Assembly (NCBI GenBank): GCA_964565945.1
Contig: CAZMGY010000021.1
Span: forward strand, 60,001-92,000
DNA from: an uncultured bacterium
Lineage (GTDB): Bacteria; GCA-001730085
Direction: 5' to 3'
Length of the DNA stretch: 32,000 bases
Part shown: positions 1 to 10,500 of the stretch, one piece after another
Layout of the letters: each line of letters begins with the position of its first letter
How positions within the stretch are numbered: position 1 is the stretch's first letter
Translations under genes and position numbers: made by a program
The notes under the pieces: model-generated
Databases searched by the model: none
Told to the model about the DNA's origin: nothing
The model's input: the letters and a program-made list of their open reading frames with translations, nothing else

Positions 1-1149
1 TTTAACACTGATAAGCTCGGTGAAGAAAAACAAAAAAACACCATTCTTCGCCACTTGCTGGAAGATTTTGCCAAAGATGAATTAAACCTTCGCCCCAGTC
101 GTGTTGGATCACTCGATGTGATCGGTAACGCCTACGAATATCTGATTAAGCACTTTGCCGCAGGTGGTGGGCAAAAAGCAGGAGAATTCTATACCCCGCC
201 CGAAGTATCTGACCTGATTGCAGAATTGCTAGACCCACAAGAAGACGACACAATTTCTGATCCGGCTTGTGGTTCTGGTTCCTTGCTCATGAAATGTGGT
301 CGTAAAATTAAAAAGCGTTTTAACAGCAAAAAATACGCACTCTACGGGCAAGAAGCTATTGGCTCTACTTGGTCTCTGGCGAAAATGAATATGTTCCTGC
401 ATGGCGAAGACAATCACAAAATAGAGTGGGGAGATACAATCAGAAACCCTAAGCTACTGAATAAGCATGGCGGCTTGATGCATTTTGATATTGTGACGGC
501 TAATCCTCCATTCAGTCTCGATAAATGGGGGCATGATGAAGCTGATCATGATCCGTTTGGACGTTTTCGTCGTGGTATTCCTCCAAAGACCAAAGGTGAT
601 TATGCCTTTATTTCGCATATGATCGAAACTATGGAGCCGACTACAGGGCGTATGGGCGTTGTTGTTCCGCATGGTGTTTTGTTTCGTGGTAGCTCAGAAG
701 GAAAAATCCGCAAACAATTGATAGAAGAAAATTTGCTTGATACGGTGATAGGACTTCCTGAAAAGCTCTTTTACGGTACAGGGATACCGGCGGCGATTCT
801 GATCTTTAAGAAAAATAAGGCGGATAGCAATGTCCTGTTCATTGATGCCAGCCGTGAATGTAAGACGGGTAAAAACCAAAACCTACTCACGCTTGATAAT
901 ATTAAAAAAATAGTCAAGACATATAAGGTGCGTAAAAGCTTTGATAAATATTCGTATTTGGCCAATTTTGAGGAGATTGAGGAAAACGACTTTAACCTTA
1001 ATATCCCGCGTTATGTCGATACTTTTGAAGAGGAAGAAGAAATTGACCTATTGGCAGTGCGTAAAGAGCGTGAAGAACTAAAAACTCAACTCGTCGAACT
1101 GGAAACGGAAATGGATGGTTATCTCAAGGAGCTGGGTTATGGTTCCTGA
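1..1149 (+). CDS. hsdM: Type I restriction-modification DNA methyltransferase subunit HsdM (5' end cut by window edge)
   Basis: Frame 1 is open from base 1. SAM-binding motif DPACGSGSLL and N6-adenine MTase catalytic motif NPPF (TANPPFSL). Stop 1147-1149 is overlapped by the hsdS start. Confidence 0.93.
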   Translation, partial: FNTDKLGEEKQKNTILRHLLEDFAKDELNLRPSRVGSLDVIGNAYEYLIKHFAAGGGQKAGEFYTPPEVSDLIAELLDPQEDDTISDPACGSGSLLMKCGRKIKKRFNSKKYALYGQEAIGSTWSLAKMNMFLHGEDNHKIEWGDTIRNPKLLNKHGGLMHFDIVTANPPFSLDKWGHDEADHDPFGRFRRGIPPKTKGDYAFISHMIETMEPTTGRMGVVVPHGVLFRGSSEGKIRKQLIEENLLDTVIGLPEKLFYGTGIPAAILIFKKNKADSNVLFIDASRECKTGKNQNLLTLDNIKKIVKTYKVRKSFDKYSYLANFEEIEENDFNLNIPRYVDTFEEEEEIDLLAVRKEREELKTQLVELETEMDGYLKELGYGS

Positions 1150-2374
1150 TGGGTGGAAAGAAGAAAATCTTGGAACTCTTTTTGAGTTTAAAAATGGCGC
1201 TAATACTGAGGCAGCCAATTACGGTTCTGGAATTAAGTTTGTTAATGTGATGGACGTGTTTGGTAATCACTTTATTACTAGCGAGAAAATTCGTGAAAGA
1301 GTTAATCTGCCTGAAAAAAAGATTAATTTATATTTGTTAAAAATGGGCGACGTATTATTTAATAGAACGTCAGAGGTTTTCGACGAAATTGCTCTAACTG
1401 CTGTTTATATGGATACTTCACCAGCAATATTTGGTGGCTTCGTTATTAGGGGGCGACCTAAGGCTAACGAACTTGACTTTAAATTTTGTATTTATTGTTT
1501 TTCATCTTATAGAGTCCGTAAGGAATCTATAAGAAGAGGGCAAGGGGTAATACGATCGAACATTGGTCAAAAAGACCTACAGTATGTTCCGTTGTTAGTT
1601 CCTCCTATTATAGAACAAAAGAAAATAGCCAAAATATTATTGACTTGGGATCGAGCGATTGAGGTAACAGAAAAACTAATCAGCAATAGTCAGCAACAAA
1701 AAAAGTCCCTCATGCAACAACTCATCACTGGCAAAAAACGCCTTCTGGGATTTAGTGATGAATGGGAAAAGATTCGATTAAAGCCTCTTTTAGAGGAGGG
1801 AAAGGCTAGAAATAAAGATAGTTCAATACAACGAGTATTAAGTGTTACTAATCATAGCGGTTTTGTATTACCAGAAGATCAATTTTCAAAACGTGTGGCG
1901 AGCAGTAATGTCAGTAACTATAAAATAGTTAAACGTGGAGAATTTGCATATAACCCATCTCGTATAAACGTTGGTTCATTTGCGCGTCTTGATGATTATG
2001 ATGAGGGTATTCTTAGCCCAATGTATGTTGTTTTCAGTGTTAAGAAAGATTCGCTATTTAGTGACTTTTTCTTTCAGTGGATGTCATCACATCACGCAAA
2101 ACAACGTATTCTTTCAAGTACGCAGGGATCGGTAAGAGATTCAGTCAGTTTTCAAGCACTTTGTGCGTTCCCGTTTTTGCTTCCATCACTAAAAGAACAA
2201 CGAAAAATTGCGTCAGTTCTTTTATCTGCGGATAAAGAAATTGAAACTCTTCAACAAAAACTCGAATACCTCAGCCAAGAAAAAAAGGCGCTGATGCAAC
2301 AACTCCTCACTGGCAAACGCCGTGTGAAAATTGATGAAGATGGTATTTCTCAGAAGGAGGTTGTGCGTGCCTGA
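1139..2374 (+). CDS. hsdS: Type I R-M specificity subunit HsdS (two target-recognition domains)
   Basis: ATG at 1139 (MVPDGWKEENLG...) overlaps the hsdM stop by 11 nt. The conserved spacer helices are duplicated: LMQQLITGKKRL (central, nt ~1709-1742) and LMQQLLTGKRRV (C-terminal, nt ~2291-2324). This is typical of HsdS. Confidence 0.9.
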   Translation: MVPDGWKEENLGTLFEFKNGANTEAANYGSGIKFVNVMDVFGNHFITSEKIRERVNLPEKKINLYLLKMGDVLFNRTSEVFDEIALTAVYMDTSPAIFGGFVIRGRPKANELDFKFCIYCFSSYRVRKESIRRGQGVIRSNIGQKDLQYVPLLVPPIIEQKKIAKILLTWDRAIEVTEKLISNSQQQKKSLMQQLITGKKRLLGFSDEWEKIRLKPLLEEGKARNKDSSIQRVLSVTNHSGFVLPEDQFSKRVASSNVSNYKIVKRGEFAYNPSRINVGSFARLDDYDEGILSPMYVVFSVKKDSLFSDFFFQWMSSHHAKQRILSSTQGSVRDSVSFQALCAFPFLLPSLKEQRKIASVLLSADKEIETLQQKLEYLSQEKKALMQQLLTGKRRVKIDEDGISQKEVVRA

Positions 2375-3443
2375 TATTATTTCATTTGAAGCCGCTATTG
2401 CGGAGTCAGAACAATATAAAAAACGTCATTTATTGCTAGGCAATGGTTTTAGTATTGGCTGTCGAGCTGACATATTTCATTATGAGTCTCTTTTTGGGGA
2501 AGCTGATTTTTCGGCAATTCCTGAGGCTAAACAGGTTTTTGAATCTTTACAGACACAGGATTTTGAAGTTGCAATTCGCGCACTTGAGAATGGTTCAAAA
2601 ATTCTACCTATCTATGTGCCCAATGATGACGCAAGCGTTCAGGCAATGAGTAATCATGCTATTGCGCTTAAAGATTTGTTAGTTGCCACAATTGCTGGCA
2701 ACCATCCTCCTAATCCTAATGCAATAGATGATCCAGAGTTTTGGGCTTGCCGACAGTTTTTAAGTTATTTCCTCGCTTCGGATAAGGGAGGACATGTCTT
2801 CACTCTAAACTATGACTTATTACTGTATTGGGCATTGATGCATGATGACAATCCATTTGATGAGGAAGTGGTGGAGCTGAACAAGAATGATGGGTTCGGA
2901 AATGATGAAGATGATCCAGAAGCGGATTATGTTCTCTGGCAAGGTGAGACCTCCGCGCATAGTGCAAATATACTTTTTCTGCACGGTGCACTTCATCTAT
3001 TTGACTCGGGTGCAGAGCTACAGAAATATACTTGGGTTCGTAAGGGTGAACCATTGGTGGATCAAGCGCGCACTGCAATAGCTGCGAATAAATTCCCTCT
3101 TTTTGTCGCGGAAGGAACAAGTACACAAAAGAAAAACAAAATTCGCCATAACGCATATCTTTACCAGTGTTTTAAGGTTCTGACAGCCAACGCACAGACT
3201 GGCACGCACTGTTTTTTCATATTTGGACATTCGTTAGCTGATAGTGATGACCACATCCTAAAACGTCTTGGTAAAGGCCGTTTTAAGAAATTATATGTAG
3301 GTATTTTTGGTGATGCGGATACGCCAGAAAATAGGAATGTGATTGCACGCGCAAATGCTATCGCAGCACTTAGACATGATAGGTATCCTCTTGAGGTGGT
3401 GTTTTTCGATTCCTCATCCGCTAATGTTTGGGGGAATGATTAA
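2367..3443 (+). CDS. SIR2-like (DUF4917-type) protein embedded between hsdS and hsdR
   Basis: GTG 2367 lies 6 nt after RBS AAGGAGG (2354-2360) and overlaps the hsdS stop. The stop TAA shares a base with the hsdR ATG (TAATG at 3441-3445). Motifs read by eye: LLLGNGFS (Rossmann GxG, nt 2439-2453), TLNYDLLL (TQNID-like, nt 2808-2816) and FLHGALH (catalytic HG-like, nt 2982-2987). The family name is from memory and was not searched. Confidence 0.6.
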   Translation: MPDIISFEAAIAESEQYKKRHLLLGNGFSIGCRADIFHYESLFGEADFSAIPEAKQVFESLQTQDFEVAIRALENGSKILPIYVPNDDASVQAMSNHAIALKDLLVATIAGNHPPNPNAIDDPEFWACRQFLSYFLASDKGGHVFTLNYDLLLYWALMHDDNPFDEEVVELNKNDGFGNDEDDPEADYVLWQGETSAHSANILFLHGALHLFDSGAELQKYTWVRKGEPLVDQARTAIAANKFPLFVAEGTSTQKKNKIRHNAYLYQCFKVLTANAQTGTHCFFIFGHSLADSDDHILKRLGKGRFKKLYVGIFGDADTPENRNVIARANAIAALRHDRYPLEVVFFDSSSANVWGND

Positions 3444-6400
3444 TGGCTTTGATTCCCAAATTCCAAGAAGAATACAGCGCGAAAATTCCAGCATTAACGC
3501 TGCTTCATAATCTTGGTTGGACGTTCTTATCACCCGAGCAAGCTTTATCCGCTCGCAATGGCAAAACCAGTGAGGTGGTTTTACGTGAAGTGTTGAGAGA
3601 AGAACTTCGAAAACGCCGTTTTACTTTTGCAGGGAAAGAACGCGTTTTTTCTGAAAATGCTATTGATAATGTTATTGCGGAACTATGCGCGCCAGCTTTG
3701 AACGAAGGCTTAGGTGTTGCTAATGAAAGAATATATAACCATTTGCTTTATGGTATATCGGTAAAAGAGTTTATTGACGGTAAGAAAGTAAATCCAACAA
3801 TCCAAATTATTGACTGGGACAATGTTGATAATAATAGTTTTCTTTTTACCGAAGAATTTAGTGTTTTAAGAACGGGTGAAGTTGAATCCCGTAGACCAGA
3901 TATTGTTTGTTTTGTGAATGGATTGCCATTTGCAGTGATCGAAGCAAAACGTCCTGATGGTCATACCAATAAGGGATTGACCATTGATGAAGGTATTTCC
4001 CAGAATATCCGCAATCAACGCAATGATGAAATCCCTCATTTATTTGCATACTCCCAACTTCTTTTTTCAATCAATGGGGCTGATGGTCGTTATGGCACGC
4101 AAGGTACATCAAAACCGTTTTGGGCACCTTGGCGCGAAGAAGATATTTCTGAAGGAGAATTTTATATCCTGAAAAATAAAGCATTGAGTTCTGATGCAAA
4201 AGATACACTGTTTTCGCATAGACCAAAGCAGGATCGTAAGTGGTATGAAGAGCTTATAGTTGGTGGCGAACTTGCCGTTACTGAACAAGACAAAATGCTC
4301 ATAAGTCTTCTTTCTCCATCACGGTTGATTGAAATGACAAGATATTTTGTATTGTTCGATAAAAAAATAGGGAAAGTGGCAGCACGATATCAGCAAGTAT
4401 TTGGTATTAAGCGTCTGATCGAGAGAATTAATACAAAAGATAATAAGGGCGTGCGTCAGGGTGGTGTTATATGGCACACCACTGGCTCTGGTAAATCTTT
4501 TACCATGGTCTTCTTGTCGAAAGCTCTTATCTTGCATGGCTCATTGAAGCAGTGCCGTATCGTGGTCGTAACTGATCGTGTTGATTTGGAAAGCCAGTTA
4601 AGTACGACCTTTAGTACAGGCGGAGAACTTGCCAGCAAGAAGGATAAAGCAGCCGCTATTGCAACATCTGGAAGAATGTTAGCAGAACAGATTTCTAAAG
4701 GTAATGAGCGAATAATGTTTTCTATTATTAACAAATTTGCTGTCGCCGCCAAAATGCAAGAGTGTCATAACCTAAGCTCTGACATTATCGTTCTTATTGA
4801 TGAAGGACATCGTTCGCAAGGCGGTGAAAACTTTATCCGTATGCGCAATGCTCTGCCTAATGCAGCTTTTATTGCATTTACAGGAACGCCGTTGTTAAAA
4901 GATGATAAAACGGAAAATAAATTCGGCTCGATTGTTCATGCCTATACGATGCAAAGAGCAGTTGAAGACAAAGCTGTTACACCTCTGCTATATGAAGAAC
5001 GTATCCCTGATCTTGATGTAAATGAACGAGCGATTGATAGTTGGTTTGATCGGATTACAGAGGGTCTCACAGATGAGCAGAAGACGGATTTAAAAAAGAA
5101 ATTTGCCAAGAAAGGACACCTTTATCAATCCGAAGATCGTATTCGTTTGATTGCTTATGATATAGCTAATCATTTTGTGAAGAATATTGATGATGGACTT
5201 AAGGGGCAGATTGCTTGTGATAGTAAATTATCAGCCATTAAATATAAGCAATTCATGGATGAGCTTGGTCTGTTTAAATCTGCGGTTGTAATGTCTGCGC
5301 CAGATACCAGAGAGGGCAACACAGATGTTGATGAAGCTACTATCCATGAGGTGGCTAAGTGGTGGAAGGAAAATGTAGGATCACAGGATGAGAAAAGTTA
5401 CACAAAAAATATTGTTAAGCGATTTGAGGAAGATAATGACCTTAAAATTATAATCGTAGTTGATAAGTTACTTACTGGATTTGATGAACCGAGAAATACA
5501 GTTCTTTACATTGATAAGCCCCTCAAAGAGCACAGCCTGATTCAAGCTATAGCGCGAGTTAATCGTTTGCATGAGAAAAAGAAATTCGGTTTGCTTATTG
5601 ATTATCGCGGTATTCTGGCAGAGCTTGATACCACAATAGCTAAATATCAGGATTTGGCTAGCCGTACTCAAGGTAGATTTGATATTGAAGACCTTGAAGG
5701 TCTCTATCAACAAATGAGCACCGAATATAAAAAACTACCGCGTTTGTATAAAGATTTATTAGCAATATTCAAGAATGTTAAAAATAAAGGCGATATTGAA
5801 CAGCTTCGTCAGGTTATAGTTCCAAAAGTACAAGAACAACATGGTGAAATGGTAGATATTAATTTAAAAGCACGTGAAGACTTCTATGATCGATTAAGTG
5901 AGTTTGCTAATTGTTTGAAAGTTGCTTTGCAATCAGCTAGTTTTTATGAAGATAAAAGCTTCACAGAACAGGACAGAAAGCACTACAAAGAAACTGTTAA
6001 ACAATATTCATCATTGCGTCAACTTGCCAAGGCTGATGCGGGTGAGACAGTCGATTACGACGAATATGCCGAGCAAGTAAAGAAGCTGATGGATAAGCAT
6101 GTTGTCGGTGTGGAGGTTAAAGAACCTGATGGTGTTTATGAAGTAGGTAAGATGGGTAAATCTGATCCAAAAGACTGGTCAGAAGATAAAACTCGAAACG
6201 AAACCGATATTATAAAAACTCGTATTACTCGCATGATAGAGCAAAGCTTGCGTGATGATCCTTATGCGCAAGAAGTTTTTTCTAAGCTACTTAAGCAGGT
6301 AATAGAGGAAGCAGAAACCTTGTTTGACCATCCGTTGAAGCAATACATGCTGTTTAAAGAATTTGAAGAAAAAGTCGAAAAACGTGAAGTCGATAGTTTG

Positions 6401-6718
6401 CCTGATAAGTTTGCAGATAATAAGCACGCACAAGCCTACTATGGTGTTTTGAAAATGTATGTTGGCGAAAACCTTTCTACCATAGATGAAGAACTATCTG
6501 ACCGATGGGTGGGGCTTTCTTTCAATGTAGATGAGATTATTACGAATGCTATAGCCGAGCACTCAATAAATCCCCAAAACATTGAATCCGAAATTCGAAA
6601 CAAGCTACTTCCTATGATCTTTAGTGAGTGTAAGAAAGTAGGTTCAGGAATAGATCAGACTAAGGCAATAACTGAAAGAATTGTTCAGATTGTACGCGTA
6701 GGACTAAATCACTCATGA
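3443..6718 (+). CDS. hsdR: Type I restriction enzyme endonuclease/translocase subunit HsdR
   Basis: N-terminal PD-(D/E)xK motif RPDIVCFVNGLPFAVIEAKRP. SF2 helicase motifs WHTTGSGKS (I), LIDEGHRSQ (II, DEAH-type) and FTGTPL (III). Length is 1091 aa. The gene is coupled to both neighbours by overlapping stop/start codons. Confidence 0.93.
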   Translation: MALIPKFQEEYSAKIPALTLLHNLGWTFLSPEQALSARNGKTSEVVLREVLREELRKRRFTFAGKERVFSENAIDNVIAELCAPALNEGLGVANERIYNHLLYGISVKEFIDGKKVNPTIQIIDWDNVDNNSFLFTEEFSVLRTGEVESRRPDIVCFVNGLPFAVIEAKRPDGHTNKGLTIDEGISQNIRNQRNDEIPHLFAYSQLLFSINGADGRYGTQGTSKPFWAPWREEDISEGEFYILKNKALSSDAKDTLFSHRPKQDRKWYEELIVGGELAVTEQDKMLISLLSPSRLIEMTRYFVLFDKKIGKVAARYQQVFGIKRLIERINTKDNKGVRQGGVIWHTTGSGKSFTMVFLSKALILHGSLKQCRIVVVTDRVDLESQLSTTFSTGGELASKKDKAAAIATSGRMLAEQISKGNERIMFSIINKFAVAAKMQECHNLSSDIIVLIDEGHRSQGGENFIRMRNALPNAAFIAFTGTPLLKDDKTENKFGSIVHAYTMQRAVEDKAVTPLLYEERIPDLDVNERAIDSWFDRITEGLTDEQKTDLKKKFAKKGHLYQSEDRIRLIAYDIANHFVKNIDDGLKGQIACDSKLSAIKYKQFMDELGLFKSAVVMSAPDTREGNTDVDEATIHEVAKWWKENVGSQDEKSYTKNIVKRFEEDNDLKIIIVVDKLLTGFDEPRNTVLYIDKPLKEHSLIQAIARVNRLHEKKKFGLLIDYRGILAELDTTIAKYQDLASRTQGRFDIEDLEGLYQQMSTEYKKLPRLYKDLLAIFKNVKNKGDIEQLRQVIVPKVQEQHGEMVDINLKAREDFYDRLSEFANCLKVALQSASFYEDKSFTEQDRKHYKETVKQYSSLRQLAKADAGETVDYDEYAEQVKKLMDKHVVGVEVKEPDGVYEVGKMGKSDPKDWSEDKTRNETDIIKTRITRMIEQSLRDDPYAQEVFSKLLKQVIEEAETLFDHPLKQYMLFKEFEEKVEKREVDSLPDKFADNKHAQAYYGVLKMYVGENLSTIDEELSDRWVGLSFNVDEIITNAIAEHSINPQNIESEIRNKLLPMIFSECKKVGSGIDQTKAITERIVQIVRVGLNHS

Positions 6719-7464
6719 GGAATTTAGCTACACACAGGAATGGTTCAATTCAATATGGAGATACAGCCATTAATTTTTCTATTGAACCCAGAGCAACAGA
6801 TGCACCAAAAGTTTTAATAAAAGTACATCCAGATTGCCGCGTTGTAGCACTTGCACCACCGATGGCATCTCATGATGAAATTATGCAGGCGGTAAAGAAA
6901 CGAGCACGATGGGTTTGTAAACAAATGCGGTACTTTGATAAACAACGCGAAAATATTCTCCCGCGTCACTATGTTAGTGGCGAAAGTCATTTCTATCTTG
7001 GGCGTAGGCATCTATTAAAGGTTCAAGAAAATGCTCAAGATACTCCCAAGGTGAAGTTGCTACGGGGTGTTTTGGAAGTTCAAGTACGCAAAGTAAGCCC
7101 AGAAAAAATAAAAGCAATGCTTTTTGATTGGTATAGAGTTCGTGCTAAAGAAGTATTTGATCGTAGGCTAGAAGAAGTTGTTTCTAAAACATTGTGGGTA
7201 AATGATAAGCCATCTATTCACCTTCTTTCTATGCAGACGCAATGGGGGAGTTGCTCGCCGAAAGGTCAGTTGACAATTAATCCTCATTTGGTGAAAGCAC
7301 CAAGAGATTGTATTGATTATGTGCTACTTCATGAGCTTTGCCATATTGCAGAACATAATCATAGTGAACGGTTCTATCGGCTAATGAAGCAAGTTATGCC
7401 TCATTGGGAAAAAGTAAAAGAAAGACTCGATGGTATGGCTTACTTTTATTTGAACGATACTTAA
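6715..7464 (+). CDS. DUF45/YgjP-type (M48-like) HExxH metal-dependent hydrolase
   Basis: ATGA overlap with the hsdR stop (6715-6718). The zinc motif HELCHIAEHNHSERFY closely parallels E. coli YgjP HELAHLKEKEHNKAFY (recalled from memory). Confidence 0.82.
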   Translation: MRNLATHRNGSIQYGDTAINFSIEPRATDAPKVLIKVHPDCRVVALAPPMASHDEIMQAVKKRARWVCKQMRYFDKQRENILPRHYVSGESHFYLGRRHLLKVQENAQDTPKVKLLRGVLEVQVRKVSPEKIKAMLFDWYRVRAKEVFDRRLEEVVSKTLWVNDKPSIHLLSMQTQWGSCSPKGQLTINPHLVKAPRDCIDYVLLHELCHIAEHNHSERFYRLMKQVMPHWEKVKERLDGMAYFYLNDT

Positions 7465-7582
7465 GGGTTTTCATTGATTACGCATTACTGGGAACTAACG
7501 ATTGCTTGATAAATGGCTATTCGCATAGTTTTTGTTAAAAATTGAGTGCTAACCAATAGCGGACATAAGCAAAGGAGATATC

Positions 7583-10500
7583 TTGGGGAAAAAAGAAGCA
7601 AGGCGCACTAAGTCAAAGTCAACACCGCGTCAAACAGGTGGGGCAGGATACGACTTCGAAGATTTGATTGCAGCCTGGATGATGGTGAAGATGCTGCGTG
7701 AGATTAGGTTGCCAGGTGTTGAGGAGTTTGGTACAGCGATTCAATGGCAAGCGGAAGTGTTAGGTTGGGAACAGATCGATGACCTTCTGGTTACATGTGT
7801 GGTTGAAGAAGAAAAGAAAAAGCAGCTAGCCATCTCTTGTAAAAGCAACATGCAAGTTAGTGGGTCTGGGCTTCCATTTGATTTTCTCAAAAATGCTTGG
7901 TCACTATGGATAAAAGGCGAGCCTTTTAATAAGGAAAATGATTGCATGATGTTGGTTCAGAAAGGCAGCAATCAAAATTTTTTTACTGCTTGGGCAGACC
8001 TAAAATATTGGTGTTCTGAGGGCGATGTAGAAACGGCTCTAGCACGAATTACAGCTTCTCAGAAACATAGTAAAATATACAATGGCGTTAAGGCTCCTGA
8101 TAAAAGCAGTAATTATACAAACGAAGATACTATTGCGCTTATACGCAGTTTAGAAGTTATTCCTGCAGATTTTCATTTAGCTAGTTCGGAATACGAAGAC
8201 ACTTCATTATCCCATTGTCGTGATCTTTTGCAGGATGGCTCTGAAGAGACTGCAAAAAAGCTATGGGACTGGCTTCTCAAGAAAGCTAAAGTCAAACGTA
8301 TCTCAGGTGGAACATTACAGCTATCAGAGTTGTGGCAAGAATTGGTTCCAGCATTTGATTTAAAAGACCATCCAAACTTTCTTTCATCATGGAAGTCTCT
8401 TAAAGCTATATCCGAAGAATATAAGAGATCAATCGAAATTGAATTGCCTAATGGTCATAGTGTCATAAGGCCTGCCGAAGAAGACCTGATAGAGCATCTT
8501 AGAGATGGTCCAATATGTATTGTATATGGTAGCTCTGGAAGGGGTAAATCGGCGGTTGTTAAATCTACTTTAGATAAGAAGCTATCTGATTGGAATCAGG
8601 TTTGGTTTTCTCCGGAAAACCTAGACTTAGCTTCAAGTGAAAGGACTCGCTCAGAAGTGGGATTGCTTAGACCTTTGCAGGATGTACTTGCTCACTCATC
8701 GGAAGAAAAAAATGTCCTAATTATAGATTCTGCTGAGAGGATTAACCCCGATAGCAGAAAAATTGTAAAGTCGCTTATTTCCAACCTATTGATACACAAT
8801 GGCGAACAGAAGAGTCGTTTGAACTGGCGAGTTATCATTGTTGGGCAAACCGAGGCTTGGGCATCTGGCAATTTTCATGAAATTTCAGGACTCTCTTCTA
8901 TTCAGCCTATAGAAATTTCTTCCCTTGACCCTTCGGATGTCAGAGCAGCTTTGCATTCAAGCAATCACTTATCTTGGCTTGCTTCGGATAACGAAGCGCT
9001 TATAGCCTTAGGTAACTTGAAAACTTTGGCTTGGGTAATGCGAGCTGGAACCATTTTTCCAAAAGGGGGAATGAATAGCATATCGTTGCCTGCAATCGCT
9101 GATCGTTTATGGTCGTATTGGACAAAAGATAAAATAAAACTTCAGAATCTTCTGATGCAACTTGCTGAACGTGAAGCTCAATTTGAACGTAGCTTTCCTA
9201 TCAGTGGGTTTGGTATTGATGTAAGCCAAGCTCTTGATGAAGGTTTGGAATGCTTGCCACTACGAAAAAGAAAAGAGACTAATTCAATCGAGTTTGAGCA
9301 TGACCTGGGTGCTGATTGGGCAAGGTTTCAGCGTTTAAAAGAAATAAAAAATGACATAAGCTCTTGGGCACCATTTGCTAGCAACCCTCTCTGGCATAAT
9401 GCTTTGCGCATGATGGGGCAACTCCTATTACGAGAAAAAACTGAACAAGGAACACTATGGGATGTTGTTTATGATGAAGCAGAAAAAACAAAAGTTGAAA
9501 ATCCTTTAGCAGCAGATATTCTCTTAGATTCTTTGTGCCTTGATCCATTTGCTGCGCATTATCTTAATGAGCGGTCGGATATACTTTTTGCAGATAACGG
9601 GGCTCGTTTAAACCGCTTATTAAAACGTTTTCATCATATAGCGACCGTTTCAAATGTCTCTAGCGAGTCCTTGGACATTGATCCCTCGCTAAAATTGTAT
9701 TTAGAAGACATGCAAAGGTTGCCAATCTATGGTCGTTGGCCACAAATTGCACAATTTCTTTCAGATCACAAAGAACAAGTTTCCAGCCTAATCTCACCAA
9801 CTATTTCAAAACTATGTGAGACTTGGCTTACAACAACACCTCTCTATCTTGATCCTGAGGCAAATACGCCGATGCCCTATAGAAAGGTATTTGCAGAGCT
9901 TGCTTTAAGCACGGTAAGGACTTTACAACTTGAGCAAAAGAAAGGGCACTTGTGGCTCACAGATGACAGCGAAAAGCCTCTTTATGGGGCAGCATTTGCG
10001 GCTGTAAACGATCTTCCTGACGAAGTCTGCGAATGGGCTTTAGAAATGGCCTGTAGAAGACCTTGCAAAAAAGAAATACCTGAAGCGCTTGCAGCCTATC
10101 GAGAAGAAAGAAGAAAAGAACATAGAGAAAAATTGCGCACTGATAAGGCTTATCCTGAAAGGCACGAGCGTTTACGTTCAATGCCTTCCGGTATTTCAAG
10201 CCATAGAGATTTACCTCCATGGCCATTAGGGCCACAAGGTAGTGTAGATAATACTTTTCGAGATTATTGCTTGAACTCAAACTCCATGGCTAGGCTGATG
10301 TATCTAAGGCCAGAAGTTGCAAGCGAGTGCCTTCTTGCAATGCTAATAGATTATTCGCGTAGCCCTCTCCGAGATGATTTAGGTCTAGTGTATAGTCACA
10401 CAGGATACCCTACGGCATATTGGAAAAGTCCATTTTTCCAGTTTTTACAGTTGAATAGCACTATAGCCATGGATTCCCTTATTTCGCTCGTTAATTTTTG

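Noticed and set aside
229-965. Four minus-strand ORFs (61-72 aa) inside hsdM
   Set aside because: They are antisense shadows of a well-supported gene, with no RBS and low-complexity translations. The same applies to 2443-3230 (inside the SIR2-like gene), 3858-5713 (inside hsdR), 6814-7011, and 7741-7947, 9957-10280, 11904-12182 and 12428-12758 (inside the giant ORF).
1709-2324. The duplicated 34-nt segment in hsdS (LMQQL(I/L)TGK(K/R)R) as a phase-variation shufflon
   Set aside because: These are the normal conserved spacer repeats of HsdS. The window contains no inverted silent hsdS copy and no adjacent recombinase.
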